The notes under the pieces are model-generated. The model searched no databases. It was not told where the DNA came from and saw only the letters and a program-made list of their open reading frames with translations. Below, in pieces: positions 52,901 to 63,641 of a stretch of DNA of 64,000 bases; positions within the stretch are counted from its first letter, which is position 1, and each line of letters begins with the position of its first letter. The position numbers were made by a program, and so were the translations under genes. This DNA comes from Haliotis rufescens (taxonomy: Eukaryota): positions 22,320,001-22,384,000 of the forward strand of contig NW_025963846.1 in assembly GCF_023055435.1 (NCBI RefSeq), in the 5' to 3' direction.

Positions 52901-55900
52901 CTGCCTCTGGCTGTCTGATCCTGAGCTGATGTGAGAAGACCCATTAATACCTGCCATTGATGCAGAGTGTGAGCTTAGTGAAGGGCAGGAAACAGATGGT
53001 GCTGCATTTTGTGCCCTACCTGGTGTCTCGTACCAGGACTGCAGAACAGGACGCCTATGAACTGGAGCTTGAATGACTGAGTGAGGTACGATTTAAGCTT
53101 GTTGACAATCCATCCCAGTTGTGCAGGTAGATGGGTGAAATCCCTGTGAAGTAGAAGGGTCTCTGTGTTCTGATGAGTCAGTAGGCAGTCGATGATGTAA
53201 GACTCAAACTGAACATTCCTCAGGTATGCGGAAATTGGCCTTGTAATCCGGGTAAATAAGCATGGGGCCGTGGAAATACCAAATGGGAGGACCGCCCACT
53301 GGTAGTGTATACCCTGGAAAAAGAACCTAAGGAACTTTCTGCAACTGGGTTGGATGGGCACATGAGTGAGTGAGTGAGTATTGTTTTACGCCGCTTTTTG
53401 CAATATTCCAGCAATATCACGGCGGGGGACACCAGGAATGGGCTTCACACATTGTACCCATGTCGGGAATCGAACCCGGGTCTTCGGCGTGACGAGCGAT
53501 CGCTTTAACCACTAGGCTACCCGACCGCCCCCGATGGGCACATGAAGATGAGCGTCCTGGAGGTCGAGACTGATCAGGGAATCGCTGGCATTGATTCTGG
53601 TCAACGTAAGTGAAAAAAGTAGGGAGGACGTTCCAGGTAGAGCTTGTAGAAGATGGCAAGATTGTGTATCATCTAAAACTTGGATGAGTCCTTCTTGGGC
53701 ATAAAAGCACCTCAGTGTCAACGTGATCAGCTATCTCCGAAGTCTGAGAAGTGTCCCTGTGGTCGGCCATCTGGGGATGTCTGCAGTTGTGTTGTTTTCT
53801 CAAAACCCTGACATATACAGCGAAATCACTGGGGGAGAGAACTCGCTTTAACCACTAGGCTACCCGACCGCCCCCGATGGGCACATGAAGATGAGCGTCC
53901 TGGAGGTCGAGACTGATCAGGGAATCGCTGGCATTGATTCTGGTCAACGTAAGTGAAAAAAGTAGGGAGGACGTTCCAGGTAGAGCTTGTAGAAGATGGC
54001 AAGATTGTGTATCATCTAAAACTTGGATGAGTCCTTCTTGGGCATAAAAGCACCTCAGTGTCAACGTGATCAGCTATCTCCGAAGTCTGAGAAGTGTCCC
54101 TGTGGTCGGCCATCTGGGGATGTCTGCAGTTGTGTTGTTTTCTCAAAACCCTGACATATACAGCGAAATCACTGGGGGAGAGAACTCACACCGCGGCGGG
54201 ATGTGGATCCTTGGCTGATTTATTGCCCAGGCAACGTGACATTTAATTATAACGAAATAGACAAGTGTTTCAAGCAGAATAGACACACATGTTGTCAACA
54301 AAGATAGATGGGCACGTAATTGAAACTTATGAGAAATTACGATAAAAGAGTATAACTATACACTTGGAAGACCCAGAAAAGAAAAGTATTTAGAATTTAA
54401 ACAAGAGCTAAAATAGACATATTGAATTACCAAAGCACAAGACATGTAAACATGACAACTTGGCAAAACAAGATGGTGGCAGGCACAACAAACTTGTGAA
54501 GTAAGCGCGGGAAAGAGCCAAAGTCAGGCAATAATTACACTAACATGTGCCTGAAAAGACCACCCTAGTAAACGAGACTATAATCTAAATAACTGAGAAC
54601 ATATTAATTATCAAAGGATAAACAAAGGGACAGGCAGAGGATGCTATCTGGTTCTTCAAGCTGGGGAGCTTTATTCTCAAGCATCTGCTCCTTCCAATGT
54701 CTAGCAGTGATGTGATTATACGTGACCTTGCCACTTCCGGTCACAACAACTTCTGTAGCCAGGACCTCTCACAGCTCCGTCTCCGAAGTAAAAAAACAAA
54801 CAGCAGTAGAAGCATTAAACTAGTAATGCAGGATAAGATAAAAAATTTATGTCATAATCAGAAACAAAGCCAGTGGCTCTGTGCAGATTTAGACACAGCC
54901 TGAGTTGGCCTTTCCTTTGTATCATTAATTAGAACTTGAAAGTTGCATCAAACATGTCGAAAGAATCATAAGAACTGTCTGTTATGTTGCAGTCACAGCC
55001 TGAAAACATGGGACAAGGCAAACTACTTTCTGTCCAAGACCTTTCTTTATCATGTTTATGCTGTAGGATCTGACAGCATAAAAGTTAGGTATGTCATGAT
55101 ACAGGTGTCACACAATACGACAAATATCTCAATACAGAAGCAATGATTTGACAAATATCTCAAAACACAAGTCATGATTCAACCAATCTGTCCTCAGATC
55201 TTTGTTTAGTGGTAGCAAGAACTAAGGTCTGATTTTAATGAGATTGTGATTCAACAAATATCTCAATACAGAAGCCATGATTCGACAAATATCTCAATAC
55301 AGAAGCCATGATTTGTTAAATATCTCAGTACAGAAGCCATGATTCGATACAGATCTTAATAATGCAAATTTGACATGTTGCGTAGAAATATCCAGTCATT
55401 AGACTGAGATTAGAGTCCATAGACTATAAAAAAGGTAAAGAAGAACAACTGACTGATACCCATCAACATGACACTGAGTCAAGTTAAGTATTCTGTTTGA
55501 GACAAAGAAACAAAGTTTATGTGCTGTATCATAACAGGAAGCAAGGAAACCCCAGTCAGTCTGATACATTTATATACTTCTATCTCACACTATGCATTTC
55601 TCTTTCTACTTTCGATAAGTGGATAATAAAACCATGCCACCCTAACACATCAAGCATCACCATGGTCACCTCCCAACAATCTGGGTCACTGTGTTTACCT
55701 ACATGCACTGAACATGTGATTTCCTGTCCACAAAGGTGGCCTGTAGATAAACCTGTCTACAAGAGAGGCATGCGTTGAAAAATGCCCCCAAAAGAAGCCT
55801 TGAAGTCTTCAAGAGGGAAAATTGGAAAAAAGAGAAAAGCCAAATGGATTCTTTTGTGAGGACATGTCACAACACTGGCGATTTGAAAGAGAATAAGTTG

Positions 55901-58900
55901 GCTGGGGAAATCCCATGTTCAGTGTGTGTAACTTGTAGGTCGACCGGCATGAAGTGTGCAAGACCCAGATTGTTGGGAGGTGACCATGGTGACGCTAGAT
56001 GTGTTTGGGTGGATTGTTTTTGTCAGAGGCTGGAAAACTTTGTTTAGGCATGTTTCCATTAAGAATCAAAAGAAGAATGAGAAATGCATATTGTGAGTTA
56101 GGAAAAGTACAAAATATAGTTTGTACTTGCTTATCGATATCAATGCGAGATTAATATGGGGTTAAATGCGAATTGATGCCTAATTTAGTGTATCAGGTAT
56201 CGTATCACGCAAAGTTTGCTAACGATGCACCGGTGTACCATCGCAACATCAATGATAAAAGTTGTGCTTCACAGGCGTATGATTAATGTTTGTGATGATG
56301 GTGATGAATACCTGTGAATTGGCATCATAGTAGAGCCCTGTTGATGGATCATAGTAGTATCCTGAGGACTTATCGAACTGGTAAGTTGATACATCGGGAG
56401 CTGCTGCAATAGAATGTAGCTTTCAGGAAATATTGGTAAATTATGGATGTACAAGAAATTCTTCACCCTTGTCAATCCATGACATCAACAGTTCAACTTA
56501 CTTCCGATTACCATAGCAAATAATTTTTTCAGATAAAAACTGAAAACAAATCATGTTAACCTTATTTTTCAAACAGGAAATCACTTCAGCTATCAATCAC
56601 AATAAAATAGATAATTATGAGATACACTTCTGTGAGCAATGCGAGGAATACTTACGATATGCAAGTACTTCTTTGTTCCCAGCAGGCTGGGCAGCGGCCT
56701 GTTCAACTACTGGCTCGGCCTTCTTAGCACCTGGTGTCTGGAAGAAATTCACCAAGAACAATTTTTATGTTCTAGAAATACCATATAAAAGTTCATTATG
56801 TATTATGTAAACATGGAAGGGGCGTTTATCAAATTAATCTTGATCAGTTGATGGCCTTATTCTACCATGAAGATGTTTGATTCAAAGAAAGACTTTGTTT
56901 AGATCTTGTATAAGCAACCTACATGCCGATGCATAGCTGCCAACTTTCCCAAATTACAATGAGTATTTTGTCTTATCTTCTGGTTGGGACACCAAAGTCT
57001 GACGAAATGAATCATCTGCTGGACAATAAAGCCATGTGATTCCGAAACTCAGAAGATAACTTTATTTCCTAGTTTCTATTTCAACTACAGCAACTTCCAA
57101 TAATACGATTGGAGTGACTCCATTGGACAGATGCAATACAATAGACTTCATACCAGTCGAGAAACACAACGAAATCGTATGTGTATGGCTAACTGGCGAC
57201 CCTCTTTTCACAATGCCTTTTTTAGTCCTTGTCATTTTTTTTCATAGAATGGCCAGCATAAGAAATTGGCATGAGTCCTGTAGTCCTTGTCAAACTGCCC
57301 AATAGTTAAGGTATCATAAGGACACCATTTTGCCATTTTAAAGGGTTTTGCTATATGTTATCATTATAGTCATTAGGACTAGTGGTCTAAAAATGTTTGT
57401 TTGAATGAAGGAAATAATCCTTCCTTGTTTGACAAGTACCTGCTTGTTGTAGTTCTTGGCAGCATTGGCTTGGGCAATAGCAGCCTGAGCAACAGCAGCT
57501 GCAGCATTGGTAGAATCCGCTGGAAATGTACAATCACATTATATGCAATTATTCACATGCAAAACCAAAAGGACATTACAAAGAAGAAGTAGATAAGTCT
57601 TGATCATATCAACATATGGAGAACACAGAAACTTATGCTATCTTCTGACTTACTTCAAATGTCGGGCATACAAATCAATTGTAAAGATTTGTGTATTGGT
57701 GAATATTGCCTCATGAACATTTGCCTGAGAAGTTAAAGCAGGTCTGTAGTTCCTTTTCACAAACAGTGATGAATGGATGGTCATGCTACAACTGCTGTAC
57801 CCAGACCTGTTTACTCCTAACTTGCCATACCAGTAGTTCACTAAGAACAGAGCTCCAGATAAGCTGCGTATCTGCGTAAAATATGAATAAAAAATGCAGA
57901 AATATGCAGTAAAATAAAATCCAAGTGTATCAAATACGCAACGAACATTACAGATTTGTTACAAAAATAAAACTTGTCCGTATCATCAAAATATTGTGAA
58001 GTAACCCAGCTTATTCGATTAGCAAATCAGCAACTTATTTTGAAATTATAAACAGACATTCCGTCAACCTTGCCAAACTCCACGATGACAGTTACATCAT
58101 GATTATTTGCCATCACACTTTCTTGTGGAAGTATCGTGGTATTTTTGAGTCCTATAAAGCTCTCGAACCCACACGACACCAGTTTGCAGGGACTAGATGA
58201 ATAGTGTTCTTAAATATTTAACTTAAATACCTACATGTGTAAAAACTAGTGGGTAACAGAAATTTGAATACCAAGATAGAATTAATGATACACAATGATT
58301 TTAAAATACCCACAACACCAAAAGCTTATCTGGAGCTCTGTAAGAATCTGTCTGTAGTTCTATTTGTCAGTAGTCATTGTTATCAGTGTGAGAGCAGGTG
58401 AAGTCGAACTCATCAAGGGACATCGTCCAAACAAATGTGTTGTTTTCTTACCAATTTTGAATGGAGGTAGGGGGAATTCTTCTTCAAAAAGATTCCAGAA
58501 ACTATCATAAAAAAGTTGACGTGCATACTTACTAGTAGCCGTGACATATCACAACGAGTGCTGTAATCGTGCGATGAATATCGTACTTAGATTTGGGTGT
58601 GTGGATTACGAGATTTACTGATACTGCAATAACACAGTCATACTATAATTCATCAGTTAAGAACTTAATTTATATGATATTCTTAAAATCTGTCAATTTC
58701 TCACCAGGACTTGAAGTCAGTGTACTTAATGAAAAATCTGTAGGAACTATGAGAAACTGTAGGAGTAAACAGGTCTGTGTATCTCTCATAATGGTCTAAC
58801 AGAAGAATGCTCGCTCTATGCAAAGGGACCCTGGAGCAGGCAAACGAGTGACTGAACCAACAGAAGAGAGCTCAGTATCATTCCACCTCCAACATACCAA

Positions 58901-61900
58901 AGTTCTGGAATCACTTATCAACAGGAATCTAACAATCCTGTACTCACTCTGCAATGGATGCGAGCCAGACTGTCCATACTGACTGTAATAATGGGAGTAC
59001 TCATAGCTCTGGCTGTCATAGTACTGTCCTGTTGCCTGGTCGTAGTAGGTTTGATCATACTCCCCGGGGGTTCCTGAAGTGAGGGCTGTGGTTGTGGGGG
59101 ATGTGGTGGTTGTGACTCCGGCCTGGTACAGCTGGTTGTAGTACTCGCTCCCTGGTTGCCCGGCTCCTGCTACTTGCTGACTGCTGTAGTCCCAGGCCTA
59201 CAACATCATAGACAGTTTGTTGTTTAACGCAGCACTCACCATTATTCCAGCTACATGAAGACGGCCTGTAGATGACAGAGTCTGGACTAGACAATCCTGT
59301 GATTGATATTATGAGCATTGATCCACGCAATTGGGATACGATGACATCACCCAATCCTGTAGGTCGATCCGGTGAGCCAGAATGGGCTGCTGGGGACCAA
59401 TCTTAATCCAGAATCCCAATGGGACATATTGGTCAGTGAACTAAAAAGCTGTCACACTATGCATGATACAAACCACTGGGTTAGACCTCATCCCAAAACA
59501 TGCAGTGTTGAATCTAGTATTACCTTGCCCAATCTCATTAAAATCAGACCTTAGTTCTCGTTATGACTAAACAAAGATCTGAGGACATCCTATTACGGGT
59601 CATGTCAGAACGACCTCTCTTCCGACCAATCAAAGCGTCGCTTACCAGATCGTGAAAGTGACAGTCGGAATGTGTTTTCTGATCATGCCACCTCGAAAAC
59701 GTTAACACAGGGTATTCCGAACGACAGTAACGGCCCGTACGACTGATTCTGTCAAAATTATCGTCTATCTCTCGCTTACGTTGGGATAAACAGTTGAACG
59801 GAGGAGGCGTTGCACAGTACGTGGGAAGCACTGCAATACAATCTTAACCATATATTAGACATTCAGGACTGTTCGTTTGCTCAGTTTTAAAAATCTTAAT
59901 CGAGAGCGGTGTCAACATATTTTTCAAGCGTAGTCTGAAATGGAAGTCGCCAGGTTGAAATGAGTGCCGTGAAGCTCGAGAAAGCTGCTTTTTAATTGGT
60001 TGATGTTGACTTCTTGTTAGCCATTTCAGTGGTCGGTCAGAGTTCGCGAAAGGTCGTCCTGACATGACCCGTAACGGGATGTCCTCAGATCTTTGTTTAG
60101 CGGCATCGAAAACTAAGATCTGATTTGAATGAGATTGCACCTTGCCCTACAAAATTAGGGTCTTCAGGACCCCCAATAATTATTCTAAGGGTCCTTGCAG
60201 GCAATATGAGGGTCCTGTGAAGTAATGGTGTAGTGTACTGTATGTTTATATAACAAGTATTTGTCACAGAGTGACGAAATATCCCCCGCCTGTACACCAT
60301 AGTACCAAATATGAAGAAAATCCAGCGATTAGTTCTTGAGATATTGTGGCAACACCGTTTTCCAACTCCAAAAGCAGATTTGCCTGCTGTGACCTTTAAA
60401 ATAGGATCAAGGTCACCAAAACCGACTGGTGTCTGCGGAGTCTGTATATACACCATAGTTCCAAATATGAAGACAATCCAGTGTTTAGTTCTTGAGATAT
60501 CGCGGCAACACCGTTTTCCAACTCTAAAAGCAGATTTGTCTGCTGTGACCTTGAAAATGGGATCAAGGTCACCAAAACCGACTGGTGTCTGCGGAGTCTG
60601 TATATACACCATAGTTCCAAATATGAAGACAATCCAGTGTTTAGTTCTTGAGATATCGCGGCAACAAACAGGTGGGACGTACAGACGGACGTACGGACGG
60701 TCGTGAATACTATATCCCCCGCTTCGCGCTTTCGCGCGGCGGGGGATAATTACTTAAAGCATGTTAAGAGCCTGGAATGACTCAGTATCATGAAAACAGT
60801 GATCATGATTGATGGATGAAATACCAGACACCCAAAATTGCTCTTGATGCGCTGTAGCCTGTAGGTACAATGAATAATATTGTGCACCACTTGGGACGCA
60901 GTATATTCTCTACATTTATGCATCGCATAAAACCCTGTTGTACAGTACATAGTTGAATGAAAGTACTCAATATAAAAATTGTGATTTACCTCATTTGAAA
61001 AGCATCATGAAATACATAATGTTACCTGAATGATACAGAAAAGTCAGTTTGCTAATAAGTTTCTACTTACTGGATTTTGAGAGGTACTGTTTAATGTTGC
61101 CATTCTGAAAGAGAGAGTACTATTTTTAACTCTGCATTAACAATAACATAAAAACATGCGCAAACAATAAACAAGAAATCTTCCAAACACAAAATATGTC
61201 GATTCAAACAGTATTTTTGTCTTATGAAAGACACTTGGCTGATTTACCACTATATACATGTTATACACAGTACAATATGACTTGTCTATTACGTCTTCAA
61301 AGTGGCAAGATGTATTGCTATATACATAATACGTGTAATATACAGTTCATATGCACGGTGGGATGCGTGCGTGTGTGCTGGTCCAGACTAGACATTTTAT
61401 AGATACCATGTCACAGTTTAACATGAATACCCAACTTAGACACAGTATACTGACTGAGCCGACCAGTTCTTGTTTTAGACCCTTAATGCTAAGTGCCAGG
61501 CAGGGTAACAACAAGTACCATCTTTTAATGGCTTTTGGTATTACCCCTGACCTTCCACTCTCTGATAAGACACTCTACCACAATACCACAGATGTGGTTA
61601 GTGTCAAAAGAAGGTGAGACAGGTCTTAAAAATGTCAAAAGTTCACTGCCTCAGTGAATCTACAAGCACAAATTTGGTGCTGATAAACCTAGAGTGAGTG
61701 AGTGAGCGAGCGAGCATGGTTTACACCACTTTTAGCAATACTCCAGCAATATCACAATGGGGAACACCAGAAACGGGCTTCACACATTGTACCGGACCGC
61801 ACAGATAAACCTCGAAATATATTCAGGGTGAACCAAGATTTGATCCCATGATCATCTGTTTCTAACACTTGTATTTCAATTACATTCCACTCAAACTAAA

Positions 61901-63641
61901 TATACTCACACTGTGGAGAAAGTGTTCTTTGCATAGGATGTGAGAACTTGTTTGCCATCTACTTCCAATGGAACGTTGTTCCGTGTAAGGAAGTCTATAA
62001 CTTGAGTGGATTCCTGAATGGAATTCATCTCACAGAACCCATACCCCCTGGATGTGTTTGTGACTGGGTCTCGAATGATCCGCACATTCTTAGACTGGAG
62101 AGTTGTTTGCAATCGTAATGCTACATCGAGGGACTCTTCTGTTGTAAGTGCATCAAGACCTCGAAATATAAGAGCTGTGGAAAAATATGGTCGTGATTAT
62201 TATAAAAAGAGTCAAATGAAATACTAACACTAATATTACGATATTGGACAAATACTACTTAATGTCAACGAACACACTACACAATCTTATTCTTGGTGAA
62301 AGGCTAAAATACCCCATAAACAAAAAATATTTTTTTCAGAATTGTTCTGGGTACTCCGCTTCTGACCAATGGTAGTCCTTCAGCATTATAAAATTCTATC
62401 ATCCTTGCATTTACAATATGATATATAGACACACATTTGAATCTGTCTTGTCTATACTGGGAACTTAATTTGTCCAGGTTTGAGAGCTATGAGTCTGAGT
62501 TATGTCCCTTGGTATCTCCTAAAAGGCATAAGTGAGTGAGTGCGTTAAAATTTAAAGTCACATAGGCAGTATTTCAGCCGTTTCGTGACTATAAAATATT
62601 ACACATAATAAATACAATTAGAGTATTAAAAATCATCAGAGGACAGTAAAATAACTACATTCATCACAGATCTATATTTAAAACTAGTATGTTACCATAA
62701 AAAGATACCGTTGTACACTACAAGACTTTATAACAAGAGTAATCAGAAGATTACAAATCCCCCCGGCCCCCACAAATTCCAAAGAACAAGTCATCTGACT
62801 GTTACTTGTAAGTCCAACTTGATGAGAGAATTTCTATCTGATCTGTCTGTCAGTATACAAGAGCAGTTATTGAGCTATCAAAACAACACCATGGAACTGG
62901 GATTAGGGACTTCGTATTTCTATGTCAGGTACACACCACTATGAACAAACTTCAAAGTCAAACTTGTTGCCATGGAAACGGAAAAAAATAAATTCTAAAC
63001 ACCCATAAGTAGCAAATGGCACCATTTGGCAACCTGCTCTTTGAGAGTGCACAAGAAAGAATACATATTAGTTTAGAGATATGGTCAGGACAAATATGCC
63101 ACTATGAACAGTCAGCGTCAATTTTTAACCCTGTCACATCTCTGCAACTTTAACACAGTGTGACATTGAATTGTTGTTTCCAATATCTGAAACACCCCTA
63201 CATTTTTGAGAGCACAATTCCATCCTTGGACCTAACATAGGTATAGTCGTAAAGTAACAGTTATGTACTATGTTCATGATGTCATTATGTTTGACTTTCA
63301 GTGAGATGCATTTTGTAAATGTTAACAAAACTTACTATTGCATGGATTAGTTCCTACTTGGTCAAAGCCATCTCCATCTTTTGTTTTGTCAGATTCTGAA
63401 AAAAAGATAGGTAAACAAATATACATACGGGTGAATTTAATTCAGATATTTGCATGCATTTGTAAACAATGACTTCTCCATTGCTTTCTAACTGTTAAAT
63501 TATATGTGCAAATAGATTTTTTGGTCTTTATGTTCTAAAAATGCTGAAAACATTTAAAGAAAGATTCGAAAACACCTTACCATCTCTGGAAATATTGCAC
63601 TTGAAACAGTAATCTCTTCTCTTGAAATTATGAACACCACA
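40965..63641 (-). CDS. RBM5: RNA-binding protein 5/10 homologue (splicing regulator), 5'-partial, 16 coding exons in window (~640 aa)
   Basis: Exons (minus): 63641-63581, 63395-63336, 62174-61910, 61104-61071, 59197-58948, 57519-57440, 56737-56656, 56403-56312, 45312-45148, 44330-44172, 43964-43926, 43634-43392, 42899-42846, 41977-41892, 41691-41565, 41090-40965. All GT-AG, phases chain, total 1923 nt ending in TAA. The domain order RanBP2-RRM-OCRE-C2H2-G-patch and the C-terminus [18 protein letters not shown] are diagnostic of RBM5/RBM10; RBM5 and RBM10 cannot be separated in an invertebrate. Confidence 0.93.
41565..41691 (-). CDS. RBM5: RBM5/10 exon: G-patch domain
   Basis: [30 protein letters not shown], a canonical G-patch. 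Confidence 0.93.
43392..43634 (-). CDS. RBM5: RBM5/10 exon: C2H2 zinc finger
   Basis: [33 protein letters not shown] matches the RBM5/10 C2H2 finger. Confidence 0.92.
45148..45312 (-). CDS. RBM5: RBM5/10 exon: OCRE domain C-half and Lys-rich segment
   Basis: ttgcag|[24 protein letters not shown]...[10 protein letters not shown]|gtaagc, phase 0->0. Confidence 0.92.
46977..51924 (-). CDS. Nested, same-strand uncharacterised zinc-finger protein (3 paired-C2H2 modules, Pro/Thr/Gln repeat, C-terminal FLxWTD helix), ~846 aa
   Basis: Exons 51924-51901 (MIEERTWQ|gtatgt), 51130-50834 (ttgcag|VPCPVSSC...CPQPVK|gtatgt), 49196-46977 (ttgcag|VQAPETQ...ELEKKE*). All phase 0, 2541 nt with no stops. The first micro-exon is less certain than exons 2-3. 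Confidence 0.8.
48625..48985 (-). repeat. Coding 24/12-bp tandem repeat (PATQQPTR / PATQ)
   Basis: gagttgctggtcgagttggttgtt repeated within the nested gene. Confidence 0.9.
49472..49747 (-). mobile_element. tRNA-derived SINE family D (~275 bp, possibly V-domain type), representative copy
   Basis: Head ggggcacgggtggcccagttgtctaagg...ggttcgaatcc with long box A-B spacing; TSD ggtgaacattg. Other copies near 6860, 13140, 19435, 29620, 34480, 37960 (all -). Confidence 0.82.
49889..50340. mobile_element. MITE with imperfect 16-bp TIR and 6-bp TSD
   Basis: cacata|ctggggtcgatttgac...gttaaatctacccctg|cacata. Confidence 0.65.
50430..50783 (-). mobile_element. tRNA-derived SINE family C (~350 bp, MetaSINE-like central domain), representative copy
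   Basis: Box A/B head; central gtcatac-aaaagacgttaaaa...ggcgctcggcattaagggg domain (Meta assignment from recall); TSD tgtgccacatgt. Other copies near 3627, 18960, 30475, 40325, 61370 (all -). Confidence 0.82.
51188..51646. mobile_element. MITE-like element in intron 1 of the nested gene
   Basis: aggcctcaaagtt ... aactttgaggcct inverted termini. Confidence 0.55.
51925..51960 (-). promoter_or_regulatory. Possible promoter/5' UTR of the nested gene with an ETS-type motif
   Basis: GCGGAAGTG (minus strand) about 10-20 nt upstream of the candidate ATG at 51924; motif evidence only. Confidence 0.3.
52222..54818 (-). mobile_element. Decayed DIRS-type (tyrosine-recombinase class) retrotransposon with inverted terminal repeats
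   Basis: RT remnants [13 protein letters not shown] / [24 protein letters not shown]; RNase H remnants ([13 protein letters not shown]); 52222-52293 is the near-perfect reverse complement of 54743-54818; frameshifts and SINE insertions present. Confidence 0.8.
53363..53532 (-). mobile_element. SINE family A inserted in the DIRS RT
   Basis: TSD gatgggcacatga splits the HVPI motif. Confidence 0.9.
55118..55350. repeat. ~31-bp tandem repeat interrupted by a MITE-end fragment
   Basis: gacaaatatctcaatacagaagccatgatt; 55190-55247 matches the terminus of the 59530-60137 element. Confidence 0.75.
56312..56403 (-). CDS. RBM5: RBM5/10 exon: OCRE domain N-half
   Basis: [31 protein letters not shown]|gtattc, phase-0 donor; NAGNAG acceptor. 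Confidence 0.92.
57848..58340. mobile_element. MITE with 18-bp TIR and 6-bp TSD
   Basis: taagaa|cagagctccagataagct...agcttatctggagctctg|taagaa; related copy at about 7298-7636. Confidence 0.8.
59530..60137. mobile_element. MITE with ~85-bp TIRs and a 9-bp TSD (Mutator-like)
   Basis: caatctcattaaaatcagaccttag...ctaagatctgatttgaatgagattg; flanks taccttgcc / caccttgcc. Confidence 0.8.
60253..60750 (+). mobile_element. Helentron/HINE-like element carrying ~132-bp internal tandem units
   Basis: About 2.8 tandem units (tacaccatagt.ccaaatatgaag...gtgacctt) and a terminal GC hairpin atcccccgc...gcgggggat. Confidence 0.6.
61910..62174 (-). CDS. RBM5: RBM5/10 exon: RRM (second RRM of the family)
   Basis: [15 protein letters not shown]...[20 protein letters not shown]; RNP2/RNP1 motifs; cag acceptor, gtgagt donor. 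Confidence 0.92.
63581..63641 (-). CDS. RBM5: RBM5/10 exon: second half of RanBP2-type zinc finger
   Basis: ttccag|[20 protein letters not shown]|gtaagg, 61 nt, phase 0->1. Confidence 0.9.

Noticed and set aside
53165-53220. CUGAUGA hammerhead-like core (also at 44736 and 44768)
   Set aside because: No properly placed GAAA with stems II/III; the first lies inside DIRS RT sequence.
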